From Eledone cirrhosa (Eukaryota): DNA of 64,000 nucleotides. The notes beneath the pieces were generated by a model. The model was not told the DNA's origin and did not search any database. It worked only from the letters and a program-made list of their open reading frames with translations. A program made the position numbers and the translations under genes. Location: assembly GCA_964016885.1 (NCBI GenBank), contig OZ024740.1, positions 163,246,001 through 163,310,000 on the forward strand, in the 5' to 3' direction. Positions 26,815 through 38,857 of the stretch are shown here, piece after piece; the stretch's first letter is position 1, and the number at the start of each line of letters is the position of its first letter.

Positions 26815-26840
26815 GTTGGTATCTTCTTAGGATTCTGTCT

Positions 26841-26872
26841 GGTTGCGTGTTCGAATCACGTCGGGGTCACCA
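26841..26872 (-). promoter_or_regulatory. Primer-binding site complementary to tRNA-Trp (32 nt)
   Basis: Plus strand reads GGTTGCGTGTTCGAATCACGTCGGGGTCACCA, the 3' end of metazoan tRNA-Trp(CCA), 2 nt from the LTR. Confidence 0.93.
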
Positions 26873-26874
26873 AT

Positions 26875-27361
26875 TGTAGCGACGTGGTTAGTCAGTCTGG
26901 TCACTACTTCTGATCAGATCCGAAAATAGCCCTTAAAAGGACTGTTATCGCATACGGTATGATCGGATCTGAGGGTAGCCCTTAAAAGGACTGTTGTCTC
27001 ATACGGTAAGGATGATCAGACGAAAGCACAAGTTGAAAGGACGGGCAAGGCGAGAGATGTAGTTTCGGTCAGCTATTTATTTTCATACATGAAGCGACGA
27101 TACAGAGGTACAAGGCGTGTGTGAGTGACAAGGGCGGCAGAGGAGAGGAACAACGATACACTAGCTGACTCTGCCAAAGGTCGATTGGCGAAAGTGTTTG
27201 GAATCACTCTATTTATACAAAAATAATCGTTTGATGTTTAGCCGCTGCGTAGGCGTTTCATTTTGGTGGCTTTAAGGGTTGTTTGTTTCACGGTGAGGTA
27301 GCTATCTAAGCAGATAGATGAAGCTGTTTATTTCACAGATGTTATTTCCGGTGGCTGTACA
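26875..27361 (-). repeat. 5' LTR (487 bp)
   Basis: Direct repeat of 21446-21932, adjacent to the PBS. Confidence 0.97.
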
Positions 27362-27846
27362 GATCTATTTCTCATATCCAGTAATGACTCGGACATTTGG
27401 AGTTATCGGGCATATGTAGTGCTTCACAGTATTCGACTGGTTGTTGGCGATTTTCTTCAGATGGGTCATATAGGATCCATTTTCTAAACTTTAAAACGTT
27501 TCTAGGCATTTACAATTCGTGTTGAACAGCCGTATAACTAACATTGAAATGTTCATTGAATTCCCTAGCCATAATAGCAGGGTTTGCTATAACCACCACT
27601 TTCGAATCCATTTGGTGGACCGTAACTTGGCAGAAGTCCCCATTTCTGAAACGGTTAAACCATGTCATACACATTCTTTTACACGCTGTATCAATACCAT
27701 AAACACAGAGTAAGATATGTTGAATGGCTTCTCCAGTTAAATCAAATATAGGGTTAAGTTGAAAGCTTTTTTTGTTTTTACCTTTGTAATCGGGGATTTT
27801 ATTAAGTTGTAAATAACATTACAAATTGCTCACAATTCTTTTAGAA
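27362..27846 (-). pseudogene. Mariner relic, N-terminal part and putative terminal sequence
   Basis: VYGIDTACKRMCMTWFNRFRNGDF; KWILYDPSEENRQQ (WVPHEL equivalent); RVITGYEK*I running into the TSD. AAAGAATTGTGAGCAATTT.TAATGTTATTT also occurs at ~36481. Confidence 0.85.
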
Positions 27847-28561
27847 TGAAATTGTAAACACATATCATCACCATCATGTTCCCAGAACTGGTGCAGCCAG
27901 TCTTTGGGGTGTCATTGTAGACACTTTTGTTGTCAGTTGTCGCCATTGGTCTCTATTCTTCGTCATGCGTAGAATGGTCTCTGTATTGTGATTAGTTCAG
28001 TCTTTGATGTTGTCGAACCAGAACTTTCTTTGTCTGTCTTTTCTTCGCCCTGTTTTAGACAAGGAGTTGTGGCGGGATATATGACCATGCCAGGAAAGCT
28101 TCCGTCTTTTCACTGTTGCAAGGAGTGTTTCCTGTCTGCCTTATAACAAATACAATTAACTATTGCTAGGAACTTCACAAATACAACGCACCAAAATATA
28201 TGACCAAAGCGAAAGAAAGAAAAAAAGGGGAAACAAAAACAAAAGCGATCATCAAGTGCGACATTCGGCGGTACATCACAAGGGTCAACGGAATATTTTG
28301 AAGCAAGCCAATACGCTCGCAGCATATTACCACAGATGATCGTTTTCGTAAATAATGCTCTTGAAATGTAAAAATAGGAGAGGTACATTACTGATGAGGA
28401 CATGACTAAACATCAGATAAAGATAAAACTTGTTCAAAATATTCGTCTTGAAAATTGGACAGAAGTTCCGTTTTAAGTTGATACTTTATATTAGGTGTAA
28501 AATACCTTTGTCAGATGAGAGTCATTAAAACACCGACGAAATATTTACAACTAGAAGATAT

Positions 28562-30796
28562 TATAACAGGACACTGGGTTGTATTTACAATGTTTATTTA
28601 ACAAGGTTGAGCTATGTCGAGCAGAATAGTTGACATGCCAAGAGAGATGAAAGGATGAATTAAAGTTAGTTGTTTACCGTTTTGAAGTCAGCGCGCAAGA
28701 GACCAAGAGGTCTTTACATTACCATGTTCAGGTTGCCAGAGAGTATACCCTCGGCGGAACGTGCCTGGCCGAAGGGCCAAGCAGGTTAAAAGAGAGGGAG
28801 ATAGCTTTCAGCTCTCTCCTTTATAGGATCCCTGGACGGAAGTTCCTAAGGACGTTCTGCAACCTCAACGGGAAGTAACTCCAGCTACTTCCTGTCTAGA
28901 GAGGGCTACTGGTGATGTGATCGTCATAACAAGGGAGGCAACTCTTGCTACATTATCCCCCGCCAGATTTTTAAAACATAAAAATCGAATCAACCATGTA
29001 TGAAGTAAGATGGCGAGCATGTAACACCAAAGTCCAGGCATGAAAATTACAAAAAAATAATGTTTGCAATAAAAGCAAAACAGCAAAATATAAGCATGCA
29101 AAAATTAATTGTTTCTACTTTAGGCACAAGGCCAGCAATTACCCAGTGCATTACTGGTACTTTATTTTATCGACCCCGTGGTAGCCAACCGCTCTTCGCC
29201 AGAGAAGAACTGGACATCTATCTATCCATCACACAAAGATACAATGTAATCAACCTAAAAGAAGAGGTCAAAGGAGCAAAGAAACGTGCTGGAACATAGT
29301 TATTAAAAAAAAGGTTCAAATGTTCAAAATACAGTTCACAGGTGTCAGCAGGAAAGAAAGTGTGTCCTCCAGAGAATGTATGCAGGTGGTTTCTGGACTG
29401 TGGTACAACGTGAAATTCCCAACCCCCGAAGGCGGTGGGATTTTCACACAGGAAGAGTGCTGCAAAAATAAATTCTCTGTGTTTTCTTCTGCTGGTTTTG
29501 GTTGTTGATAAAGCAAAGATGAAGCTGTGTTGTTGTTGTCTCGCGGAGTGAAATAACTCTTTCAAAGTTGTTTCAATTCACAGTAAAAAGTTTCCCAGAA
29601 AAAATGAGTTGCTCAAAGTGCTAGAAATAACAGCCAAAGTTGATGGTCGATGTTGAGAACGCGTTGACCTGGAAAGGTCAAGAAGCCAGCGACAATAGAA
29701 ATAAGCATTCTGAATAAATGCGCAGTTTTCAATGGCAAATTTACGTGGTAAATTTTTAAACCGGCAAATATGAGAATAAAGCTTAAGGCTGGAGAATCCT
29801 TGTCAAGAAACATTATCTATGGCGTGTGTTATCTCAGTGAGTCGAGACGTGTGCTCCCACACGTGCCGAAACAAAGTTAAAGTCAAGTTGAATAAAAAAC
29901 ATAAATAAATATTTCTTTTGCGCGAGAAAATGGCGGGAAAATGACAGTGGAACAGGTCGTTGGCAGTCATTTTGAAAAATTTGTGTGTGAACGTGATGTG
30001 ATGAAAAAGAAGGAAAGGCTATATGGTGAGAGTTCAATCTTTTTTTGAAAGTGATGAAAAAGTAGCGAAAAAGGCTTAGTTGAATGAGTAAGCGAGCTGT
30101 GATGTTCATCAAAATTGACATGTGGAATATAAGAATACAGGAGTCCAAGTCTTTTTGAGTGTTCGTTGTGAGACGGACGAAGGATATATCCAGTGATTGA
30201 AAGACATTTAAACGATGTAAACACGTGAGGTGAAAAGCAAAATTTTTTCTTGTTTGTTTCCTGCTGATGAAAAGATTACTTATATTTTTCGTTGTAGAAA
30301 AAATCCATGTGGAATTTTTTCTTTTTGAAATACTGTTAATTAATTTTCTTTTTTTCATATTCACACAACACCAGATCCTATTATTTTTTCCTCTGGGTCA
30401 CCAATTATAACAGGACACTGGGTTGTATGTACAATGTTTATTTAACAAGGTTGAGCTATGTAGAGCAGAATAGTTGACATGCCAAGAGAGATGAAAGGAT
30501 GAATTAAAGTTAGTTGTTTACCGTTTTGAAGTCAGCGCGCAAGAGACCAAGAGGTCTTTACATTACCATGTTCAGGTTGCCAGAGAGTATACCCTCGGTG
30601 GAACGCTCCTGGCGGAAGGGCCAGGCAGGTTAAAAGAGAGGGAGATAGCTTTCAGCTCTCTCCTTTATAGAGTCCTTGGACGGAAGTTCCTAAGAAAGTT
30701 CTGCAACCTCAACAGGAAGTAACTCCAGCTACTTCCTGTCAAGAGAGCGCTACTGGTGATGTGATCGTCATAACAAGAGAGGTAACTCTTGCTACA
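28562..30796 (-). mobile_element. Non-autonomous LTR retroelement (2.2 kb, no gag/pol)
   Basis: 391-bp LTRs 28562-28952 and 30406-30796 (about 17 substitutions), ATAT TSD, PBS TGGTGACCC (30395-30403), PPT ATCTGGCGGGGGATAA (28953-28968). Confidence 0.95.
29105..29180 (-). mobile_element. SINE family A 3' fragment inside the non-autonomous LTR element
   Basis: AATTGTTTCTACTTTAGGCACAAGGCCAGCAATTAC..ACTGGTACTTTATTTTATCGACCCC matches 39312-39385. Confidence 0.85.
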
Positions 30797-31593
30797 ATAT
30801 TGAAAACAAGAAATTGGTAGGAAAAATATGAACTAGACAAAACTGGTGAATACTTTTGGAATTCTGGGTTCCCGAACCACCACCTTACTCATTGCTATTG
30901 AAACGGATTTAGCCACCCACAAGAGTGGTTATTTCAGAATATTCCCTTCAAATCCTCCGAAGCAACACTTTCTTTATTCTGTCCGCTGGCAGCATAAGGC
31001 GGCATCTGCACGTCGGAGAGACAGAACGGATGAACTTGTTGAGGGTGTGACAGCCATTAACGACTGGTTAGTGCTATTACCGTTGGCCACTACATACATG
31101 CATATACAAGATACTATTAAGCTAAACAAGAACTATGAACCAAGTAAAATATTCAATTTTTTATTCGTAATAATAAACTCACGCGTGCGCATGAACGTCC
31201 AGTATTACATTCATACATGAATGTACATACTCACATAAACACACGACAACAAACCTTAGTATAGTAACACACAATCTCAAAACAGCAAGTCGAAACTTCA
31301 GATATAGAAACAGAAAAGGCTGCAGAAATTGTGACGAAAATTATATGATATCAACAAATATTGATAATAAACAAAACTTAATTTGTCAGCATAACCGACA
31401 TCATAATATTACAAATAAAAAGAGAAAAAAGAAAGGAAACGAAAAAGAACAAAAAAAAAAACACAGAAGCAGGTAATACACACATCTAAGACGACATACA
31501 AAAGGCAGGCGAAAGGAGTGAACAAACGAACCGCTGTCAGAACAAAAGATAACAATATCGAGAGGAGCACTGGAAAACCTCGCTGATAATTTT

Positions 31594-31785
31594 TGATAAT
31601 TGTTTCTACTTTTGATTCATGTCCAGCAATTTGAAGTGGAAGTGAAAGTCGAGTCGATTAAATCGACTCCAGTGCGTCACTGGTACTTTATTTAGCTAAC
31701 CCCGGTGTGATTTGAACTCAGAACGTAATGAGCCGTAACTATATGCTGCAAAGCATATTGTCCGACGCTCCACTGATACTGCCAA
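31594..31785 (-). mobile_element. SINE family A
   Basis: Tail, central domain and GATTTGAACTCAGAAC box B complement. Confidence 0.8.
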
Positions 31786-31859
31786 TAAAATTAATAACCA
31801 CTGCATATATTATAATTAGCAGTACCTAAAGATACTACAATTAGAAAAGCCATAGCCTG

Positions 31860-32250
31860 GTGTGTTTCTCTGAGGGATGAACTGTTATGTCCTTATTAAG
31901 TAGGGCTTGCATCTGATATCATCGTGCACCAAATGTCTGACGATGGGCTCAGTCACCTTGAGTTCTTAAACGATGTCTCTCATCGACTTGCTGTTGTTAC
32001 TTTAATCTACTGGACGAACTTGGCACTCCTGGTAACATTTGACCTCCAGAATGTTTCTTTTTCTTGGTTATGGAAGACATACCTTCGAGAGGGGTCTAGC
32101 TCTGCCCAACCCTTGAACACGAGGGGCCAAGTCACATGCAACAATAAGGCTACGAGCACAACATATGTTTTAAGTACCTGTGCTCTGTTGAAATTTTCTA
32201 GGTTGATGATGTTGATACATCTGAAAGAGAAATGAGAAGGGTAAAATTTG
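31860..32250 (-). pseudogene. Possible old LINE endonuclease remnant
   Basis: ETFWRSNVTRS..Q*IKVTTASR*ETSFKNSR..SSDI..SDASP loosely resembles the C-terminus of an APE endonuclease. Confidence 0.3.
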
Positions 32251-33427
32251 GCGTATATTACGTTTCGCCGAAATCCATTTAAAGTCCACCCCTTCTCTAT
32301 GTACACACGAGGGCACTGTTGTATAATTAAAGAGATCCATTCACAACGACATAATTCCGAGTTTTATTCAACTTCCTGGCACTCTGCACAAGTGTCTCTT
32401 ACCATATCATTGCGAGCGAAATTTGGCAGGTAGAAACTGTGCAGAAAACCGCCCCTTGTATATATTATATAAGTGTGTGTCTGTGTTTATGCATACACCG
32501 CTTTAGATCTAGAACCGTAACTTAGTAGATTGACAATCAATGAGCTATAAAATAAAGATCAGACTGAAATAAAGATGGGGAGCGTATGGCCAACGAAACT
32601 CACAACAGCCGCAGTCCAATAGCTGAAACGCGTAATAGAATAAAACTATATACATATATTATCGTAGCCAGGGAGCTGTCTGCTCCTGGGTGACACTGTT
32701 ATAGGAGCAGCTATTTCAGGTATGTTGTATAAGCCTGTACACGCTGTATTGAAATAAAAGTTGTTTTAATGTCAGCATAGTATTCACAGTTGAACGACCT
32801 TTTCGGTTTTGACTAACTCCAACTATGGCATATGAATTCAAACAATTGTTATCTTGGCTGAACAATAAACATCATACAGTGATGTATTCAAGGTTGTATT
32901 ATCATTGTTGATAATGTGAAACCTGCGAAGGAACCGAAGTTATATTCTTTTAATGCCGCTAAGTGTGGGATACGCCATCTTGATTGTAATATATATTTCA
33001 GTTATTGCCCTTGACAGACGTTCAGTTAAGGACGTGTTGCTCTATTTCTCATCTTTTGAACTTCGCTCTTCTGGTCAGACGAAGTCACCCATGCTGTATC
33101 CCCATTTCAGGGTCAACTTCTTTTCAAAGTATTTTCCCATTATGCGTCCAAGCAAGCAATCACAGACTTTTAGTAGTATTTAGATTACTTTTCCTAAACA
33201 CACACACTCATTATATATCGACTTTCGTCAAATCGGACCGAGGAAACAATGTTTCTATTGGTCTTTCCAATTGCTAATACTATCTATCGGTCGCAACTCC
33301 AGAAAAATAAGTTGAAAATGCAAGTGGAGTCTTTAAGAAGGTTTATTTACAATAATTTATAACTTTGTCGGTCTCACAAGTTTCATGATTTTCGAACGCC
33401 AAGTGAAATAAGTGGGACATGAAAAGA

Positions 33428-33519
<92 letters not shown>

Positions 33520-33825
33520 AATCTACCAAAATATACGGTAGTGTCCAATCCGTATGAAGAACTTAATGTAATCCAAATATCATGAAAAGAGAAGATGCAT
33601 TCAAAAATTTTCGATGAAAATCCCACGACAACAGAATCAAGATATTTCTGAAGACAGCATATATATGTGAAGGTATGTATATTTCTTCTGATAGTTTGTA
33701 AAATTTTTACATAGATCTATATGATATACATACCAACACACATATATATCCTAGAAACGATCGTAAAATGATAAATTTTTTAATATAAGGAACTTGTTCT
33801 TTGTTTTTATTCATTGTTTTTATTA

Positions 33826-33925
<100 letters not shown>

Positions 33926-34654
33926 TAAAATCCCGTGTGTGTGTGTGTGTCTGTATCTATGTTTATATATATCTGCACTAATACACTTGTGCTCTTATAG
34001 ATGTGGAGGCTTTTTATATTTGTTACGATATCCGTTCTTTGTGACAATATCCCAGTCATCGTCACATAGGGTGTCTCTTATATGTGAAATAAAAACGTGC
34101 CATTTAGAATTAAGCCGTTTGAAACAGAATTTGATACTTGTCAGTTATGTGGTGACGTATATAAACAACTTCAGAGCAGTTTCTGAAAGCGTTAGAAAAA
34201 CTATTGTGAACTATATGGTAAATAAAGTAGGAACAGTTATATTATTGTTTCACCTCATTACTGCTGAAAACTGGAACTAGGCATTTGCCACCAATTACAA
34301 CACGCAGTCTCATATCCTGGTTCAATGAATCAAAGACTTTAGTGAGGTTGATAGAGCAATGATAGAGATTACATTTTTATGCAATGAACTTTTCTTGTAA
34401 TTGGCGATCTGGAAATATCCTGTCAATGATTCCTTGTTCAGCGTGATCACCTAACTCAGACCTGAAAAATGGATATCTCAACGTATTAAAGAAACCAAAC
34501 AAGAAAAATTGTGCTTAATATTTTCCCTGCAAAACTGAGGAGAAGAATGCCATAATAATTATGGTATATGTCCATACAATCCTTATATATAACTCAATTA
34601 GTTAAACATTTTTCCAATTTTGAAGAGCTGTATAATTTTCCAGATTATATATAA

Positions 34655-34940
34655 TTAAACTTTGCCTTTCATCCTTACGGGGTCGATAAAATAAAGTACC
34701 AGTAATGTACTGGGTAATTGCTGGCCTTGTGCCAAAAATAGAAACAATTATTATATATATTATTATATACGGAAGAGGGTCAGACACCATGCCTTGCAGC
34801 ATAGAGTTACGTCCCTTTGCGGTCTGAGTTCAAATCCCGCCGAGGTTAACTTTGCTTTTCATCCTTACGGGGTCGATAAAATAAAGTACCAGTAATACAC
34901 TGAGATAATTGCTGGCCTTATGCCAAGAGTAGAAACAATT
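34655..34940 (+). mobile_element. Tandem SINE family A (3' half followed by a near-full copy)
   Basis: Two direct copies of AACTTTGC.TTTCATCCTTACGGGGTCGATAAAATAAAGTACCAG..GAAACAATTA. Confidence 0.9.
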
Positions 34941-35501
34941 ATATATTAAACAAAACATCCAGCTAACCTTTGCTTTGACCACTTCTGTAAAAATCTCACC
35001 AATCAACAACCTTTCCATTTTTAAGTTTGTGCAAAACGACTCTTCATTGAAAGTTGATGGACCATCAAAAAATTTTATTTGAATTTACACTATGAGTTCG
35101 GACAAAACTCAAAACTCAACCAATGCTTGATGATTTAACAGATTCTTGATACCGTTGAAGAAACCCATTTGAATGTTTCATAAATGTTTTACTATCCTCA
35201 TCCCTCATATGAACACAGAAAATTGAGTGGGGACCATAAAGTTGATTTTTCATGCTACAAATTTCCTTGTGATATTTTGTTTTGCTTTTTTTTAAACAAA
35301 AATGTTTGTCATAAGTACCTTTGTAAGGTACCTTTACTATCAAAGTACTATCACCAAACCTGTTCTTGTTTTTGGACCGTATGTGTGTGTGTAAAACATT
35401 GTGCATTTATTTGTCTATGAATAAATATTGTTTATTTGACGAGGAGTCAGTCTGCGATCAAGAATATTGTGAAACAAATAGAAACATGAAACGCGCGTGC
35501 G

Positions 35502-35540
<39 letters not shown>

Positions 35541-36031
35541 AAGAACATTTTTTATCAAGAAGCGTTATTAAAATGCATGCAAATTACTTTATCAAATTTA
35601 ATAACTTCAACTGCACAACTTATTCCCTTAACAGCTAGGGCTTCTAATAAAATAAAATCTATATATCTGGCTTAAGTTTACCCTAAAATACGCTGTTCTA
35701 ACATGAATATTTATTATTTAATTATGTAGCTAAACGTAGACACTGCATGCAAATTGGACTGGCAATTTCAAATATATTCTGTATGATATGCCTCTGTACA
35801 TAGAATCATAGGTGCAGTTATTCTCTGATAAGAACACAGTGATGTCTGAAACGCTTTAATGCAGCCAAGGCTTCTAATTCAAAAACAGTAGTTATATCTC
35901 CCTTAAGTTTACCCTAAATCTTCAAATATACGAGATTTGTTTCACCATATATATGTATGTACGTTACTTCTGTTTACCTTTTATATACATACATAAATAC
36001 ATACATATATAGATGTATATACTAGCGTAGA

Positions 36032-36308
36032 GGCGCGTGACCTAGTGGTAAGAGTGCTGGACTTACGATCATAACGGCGTGGGTTTGATTCCTGGGTTGC
36101 GTGTTGTGTTCTTGAGCAAAATACTTCATTTCACGTTGCTTCAGCTGAAAATGAGTACCAGCAATAGCTGGGAGTTTAACCTTGCAATGGACTGGCGTCC
36201 TATCCAGGGGAAAGTCTTGTACTCGCAGTCGCTTCACGCCATGAAACCGGGATAAGCACCGGTCAATTGAGCCTTCTGGCTTAAGACAGACTTTAGTCCT
36301 TTTTTTTT
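36032..36308 (+). mobile_element. tRNA-derived SINE family C
   Basis: Box A TGACCTAGTGG, box B GGTTTGATTCC, TTGCAATGGACTGGCGTCCTATCCAGGG (V-domain-like), T-rich tail. Confidence 0.8.
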
Positions 36309-36722
36309 TAGTACATACTGGCATAACTAGAGTGTATGCAGCTCGGGACAGTCACATACAAACAATACAACATTTGTGGATATCGTCGTTTTTGTTTTAG
36401 CCCCCCCCCCCCTTTCTTCCTTCTCTCTATTATGTGTTTATATTTGTGTTTATCAACGATAATATATTTGTAATGTTCTGAAAGAATTGTGAGCAATTTA
36501 TAATGTTATTTCCGCATTTGTAATGTTATTTACGCATTTGTAATGTTATTTATACAACTGTGAATAAAATATTTCATCCACTGATACATACAAAAAAAAT
36601 ACATACTGCACAGTGACTATCTCTCTTAAAATGTTAATATATTAGGATGTTTTCAACACGCTGACGCGTATGTTTGTATGTGCATATGCATACATTTATA
36701 TGTAGGAGTATATAAATATGTG

Positions 36723-36910
36723 AAGGCACATGCCTAGTGGTTAGAGCATTGGGCTTGCAATCGTAAGGTTATGAGTTCGATTCTCGGACCGGGTGATGCG
36801 TTGTTTTTTAGCAAGACATTTTATTTCACGTTGCTCCAGTTTATTAAGCTGTAGGGATGAGTTGCGATGTTACTGGTGCAAGCTGTATCAGCCATTGCCT
36901 TTCCCTTGAA
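36723..36910 (+). mobile_element. tRNA-derived SINE family B
   Basis: GCCTAGTGGTTAGAGC..GAGTTCGATTC head followed by AGCAAGACATTTTATTTCACGTTGCTCCAGT. Confidence 0.75.
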
Positions 36911-37227
36911 CAACAAGTTGTCTAAAAATTGCTCAACACTAAAAGCAGTGCTTTTAGTGTTCAGCAATTTTTAGATAACTCTATCAGTGAAACAATTGTT
37001 AGACTACAAATAAATCCCCTTTTTTGTACTGTTGACCATGTTATTCTCCACTTTTTCAATTTTATTACTCCAAGATTACATAGGAATACAAGTGAAATCA
37101 TGAACTCGTCATCTACGTAAACCTCTTGTTGAGTCAAGCAAACGCCGTACACTAAAACTATCCATAATAAGAAGTATTCACAACCTCTAATTGGATTACC
37201 TATAACGATATTTTGTTATCCTTTATA

Positions 37228-37269
<42 letters not shown>

Positions 37270-37273
<4 letters not shown>

Positions 37274-37868
37274 TATAAAGTTCTAGTTCCTGTCTGTTAG
37301 TTTGTTTGTTCACGAACTCCTCCTATGGTTTTGGAGATAGACCCCATAACTATATATATTCTGAAACTATATTGCCCAGGGTACTTGGATAAGTATATTT
37401 CATTTTAATCAAAAGGTTCCCCGGGGGCACAAACCCCCAATAAAAATGTTTTCCCTTCGATTTATATGAAATTTAAACCATAGGTAAATGACACAACATG
37501 TTGCTTATTCACAGAATTTCAGCAAATTTCAATAATATTAAGACACCCTACTGGGGGTTAAACCCCCTATATTGAACATTTTGGAAGTCCAAATAAAACA
37601 CAAAAATGAAATGATCAAGTTTTGAATTGATATTTTGAAAAAAATTATTTACAAGAAACAAAATAAGAATAAGATTTAATAATGTCATTTTGATTTGATA
37701 TATTACAAAAAATAATGTTTTCCAATTTTTCATGTATTACCTTTTACATTGAGTAATATTGAAATGCAGAGTTTTTCTCCATAAATTATATCACTGATTT
37801 AAAATCAATCGTCATTTTCTTACCCCCAAAAAATGTGTGAAAGCAGCAAGGTGCGGATAATTCGGCTA

Positions 37869-37869
<1 letters not shown>
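37270..37869 (+). mobile_element. Non-autonomous Helitron
   Basis: Starts within (TA)n with TATATAAAG and a CTGT/TTGT microsatellite; ends with a degenerate GC hairpin and CTAG|T. Confidence 0.7.
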
Positions 37870-37915
<46 letters not shown>

Positions 37916-38023
37916 AATATATATACACACAAACTACTGACCAAATAATATTTGGTATCAATGTGTTAAAGACATTTGTCAAATCAATTAGTGGTGAAGG
38001 TACTGTATATATATATATATATA

Positions 38024-38335
38024 TGATTCCAGTTCCTCAGTGAAATAACAACCCAACCAGGAACTGGGCATATCAGAGTATTGACAAAATTATACACCTC
38101 AACAACATATGTATTTGTCTATACCACACTAATTCGGACTGCCTGAAGAGGTCACAGCCAAAGATGACTGTCACCGAAATATATATAGCAGTAATAAACG
38201 AAGCTAAATTTTAAACATTTGACTTATTTATTTTACTTTATTTTACATTACTCCGGAGTAACCAAACCAACCTGCGCATTTCGTCGAGTGCTCCAGTCTG
38301 CATACTGAGGTGTTGGTATACAACCAACATATACT

Positions 38336-38338
<3 letters not shown>
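38024..38338 (+). mobile_element. ~315-bp hammerhead-bearing element in a (TA)n array (Penelope pLTR or retrozyme-like)
   Basis: Flanked by (TA)n on both sides; contains the ribozyme motif followed directly by AATAAA. Confidence 0.7.
38138..38192 (+). ncRNA. Type I hammerhead ribozyme
   Basis: Stem I ACTGC/GCAGT; core CTGAAGA; stem II GGTCACAGCCA-AAGA-TGACTGTCACC (9/11 paired); GAAA; minimal stem III T-ATAT-A; cleavage triplet AUA ending at 38187. Confidence 0.85.
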
Positions 38339-38386
<48 letters not shown>

Positions 38387-38418
38387 ACAAAAACAGGATG
38401 TAGTTTATGGAACACCCA

Positions 38419-38857
38419 AATGATTTAGAAATCGATCTTAAGTAGGAGCAATAACATTAAGAAAGACATGAACGACACCACAACACTTTGTTTTGAAAGT
38501 AGGTCTATAAGTATGAATTTTCATAAGATTTTTGTAGTTGTCGCTGTGGCCTAGCGGTTGGTACTAGAGATGGTGGAGATCTTGGGTTCAATCCTGGTCA
38601 AGAGGTACATGTAATCTTTTTCAGTTTTTATTTTACAACAATAGAAAAAAAAATGAAAAGTTTTACTGGGAATTCTACTCCCAACCAAGATCCCCACCGT
38701 CTTCGATTCCCCCAACTAGGGCACCGAGACAGCTACAAACGTATAATGAAAATTAATAATTATAAACCTACTTTCAAAATCAAAGTTAAAAAGATGTGGT
38801 GGCGTTCATGGCTTTCCTAGAGCTATTAGTAATATTTAGGGTCGACTTCTGGTCATT
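38419..38857. mobile_element. Foldback element (~170-bp imperfect arms) containing a tRNA-like box A/B segment
   Basis: 38419-38585 is the approximate reverse complement of 38685-38857 (e.g. TTTTGAAAGTAGG / CCTACTTTCAAAA and CATGAACG.CACCACA / TGTGGTGGCGTTCATG). Confidence 0.75.

Larger units (their letters stand above)
21446..27361 (-). mobile_element. Full-length Gypsy (CsRn1-clade) LTR retrotransposon, inactivated
   Basis: Two 487-bp TG..CA LTRs, GATC TSD (21442-21445 and 27362-27365), tRNA-Trp PBS, PPT, gag with CHCC finger, PR-RT-RH-IN order. Confidence 0.97.

Noticed and set aside
26841-26872. tRNA-Trp gene
   Set aside because: Only the 3' 32 nt are present, with encoded CCA beside an LTR; it is a PBS.
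29834-30364. 176-aa ORF directly after the PBS of the non-autonomous element
   Set aside because: No gag motif; biased G-poor sequence gives long open frames by chance.
30900-31095. GC-rich block ending GGCCACTACA, possible solo LTR
   Set aside because: No matching TG start or TSD could be identified.
34200-35300. Possible further mariner remnant around the tandem SINEs
   Set aside because: Only a weak KWISQRIKE resemblance; too decayed to support.
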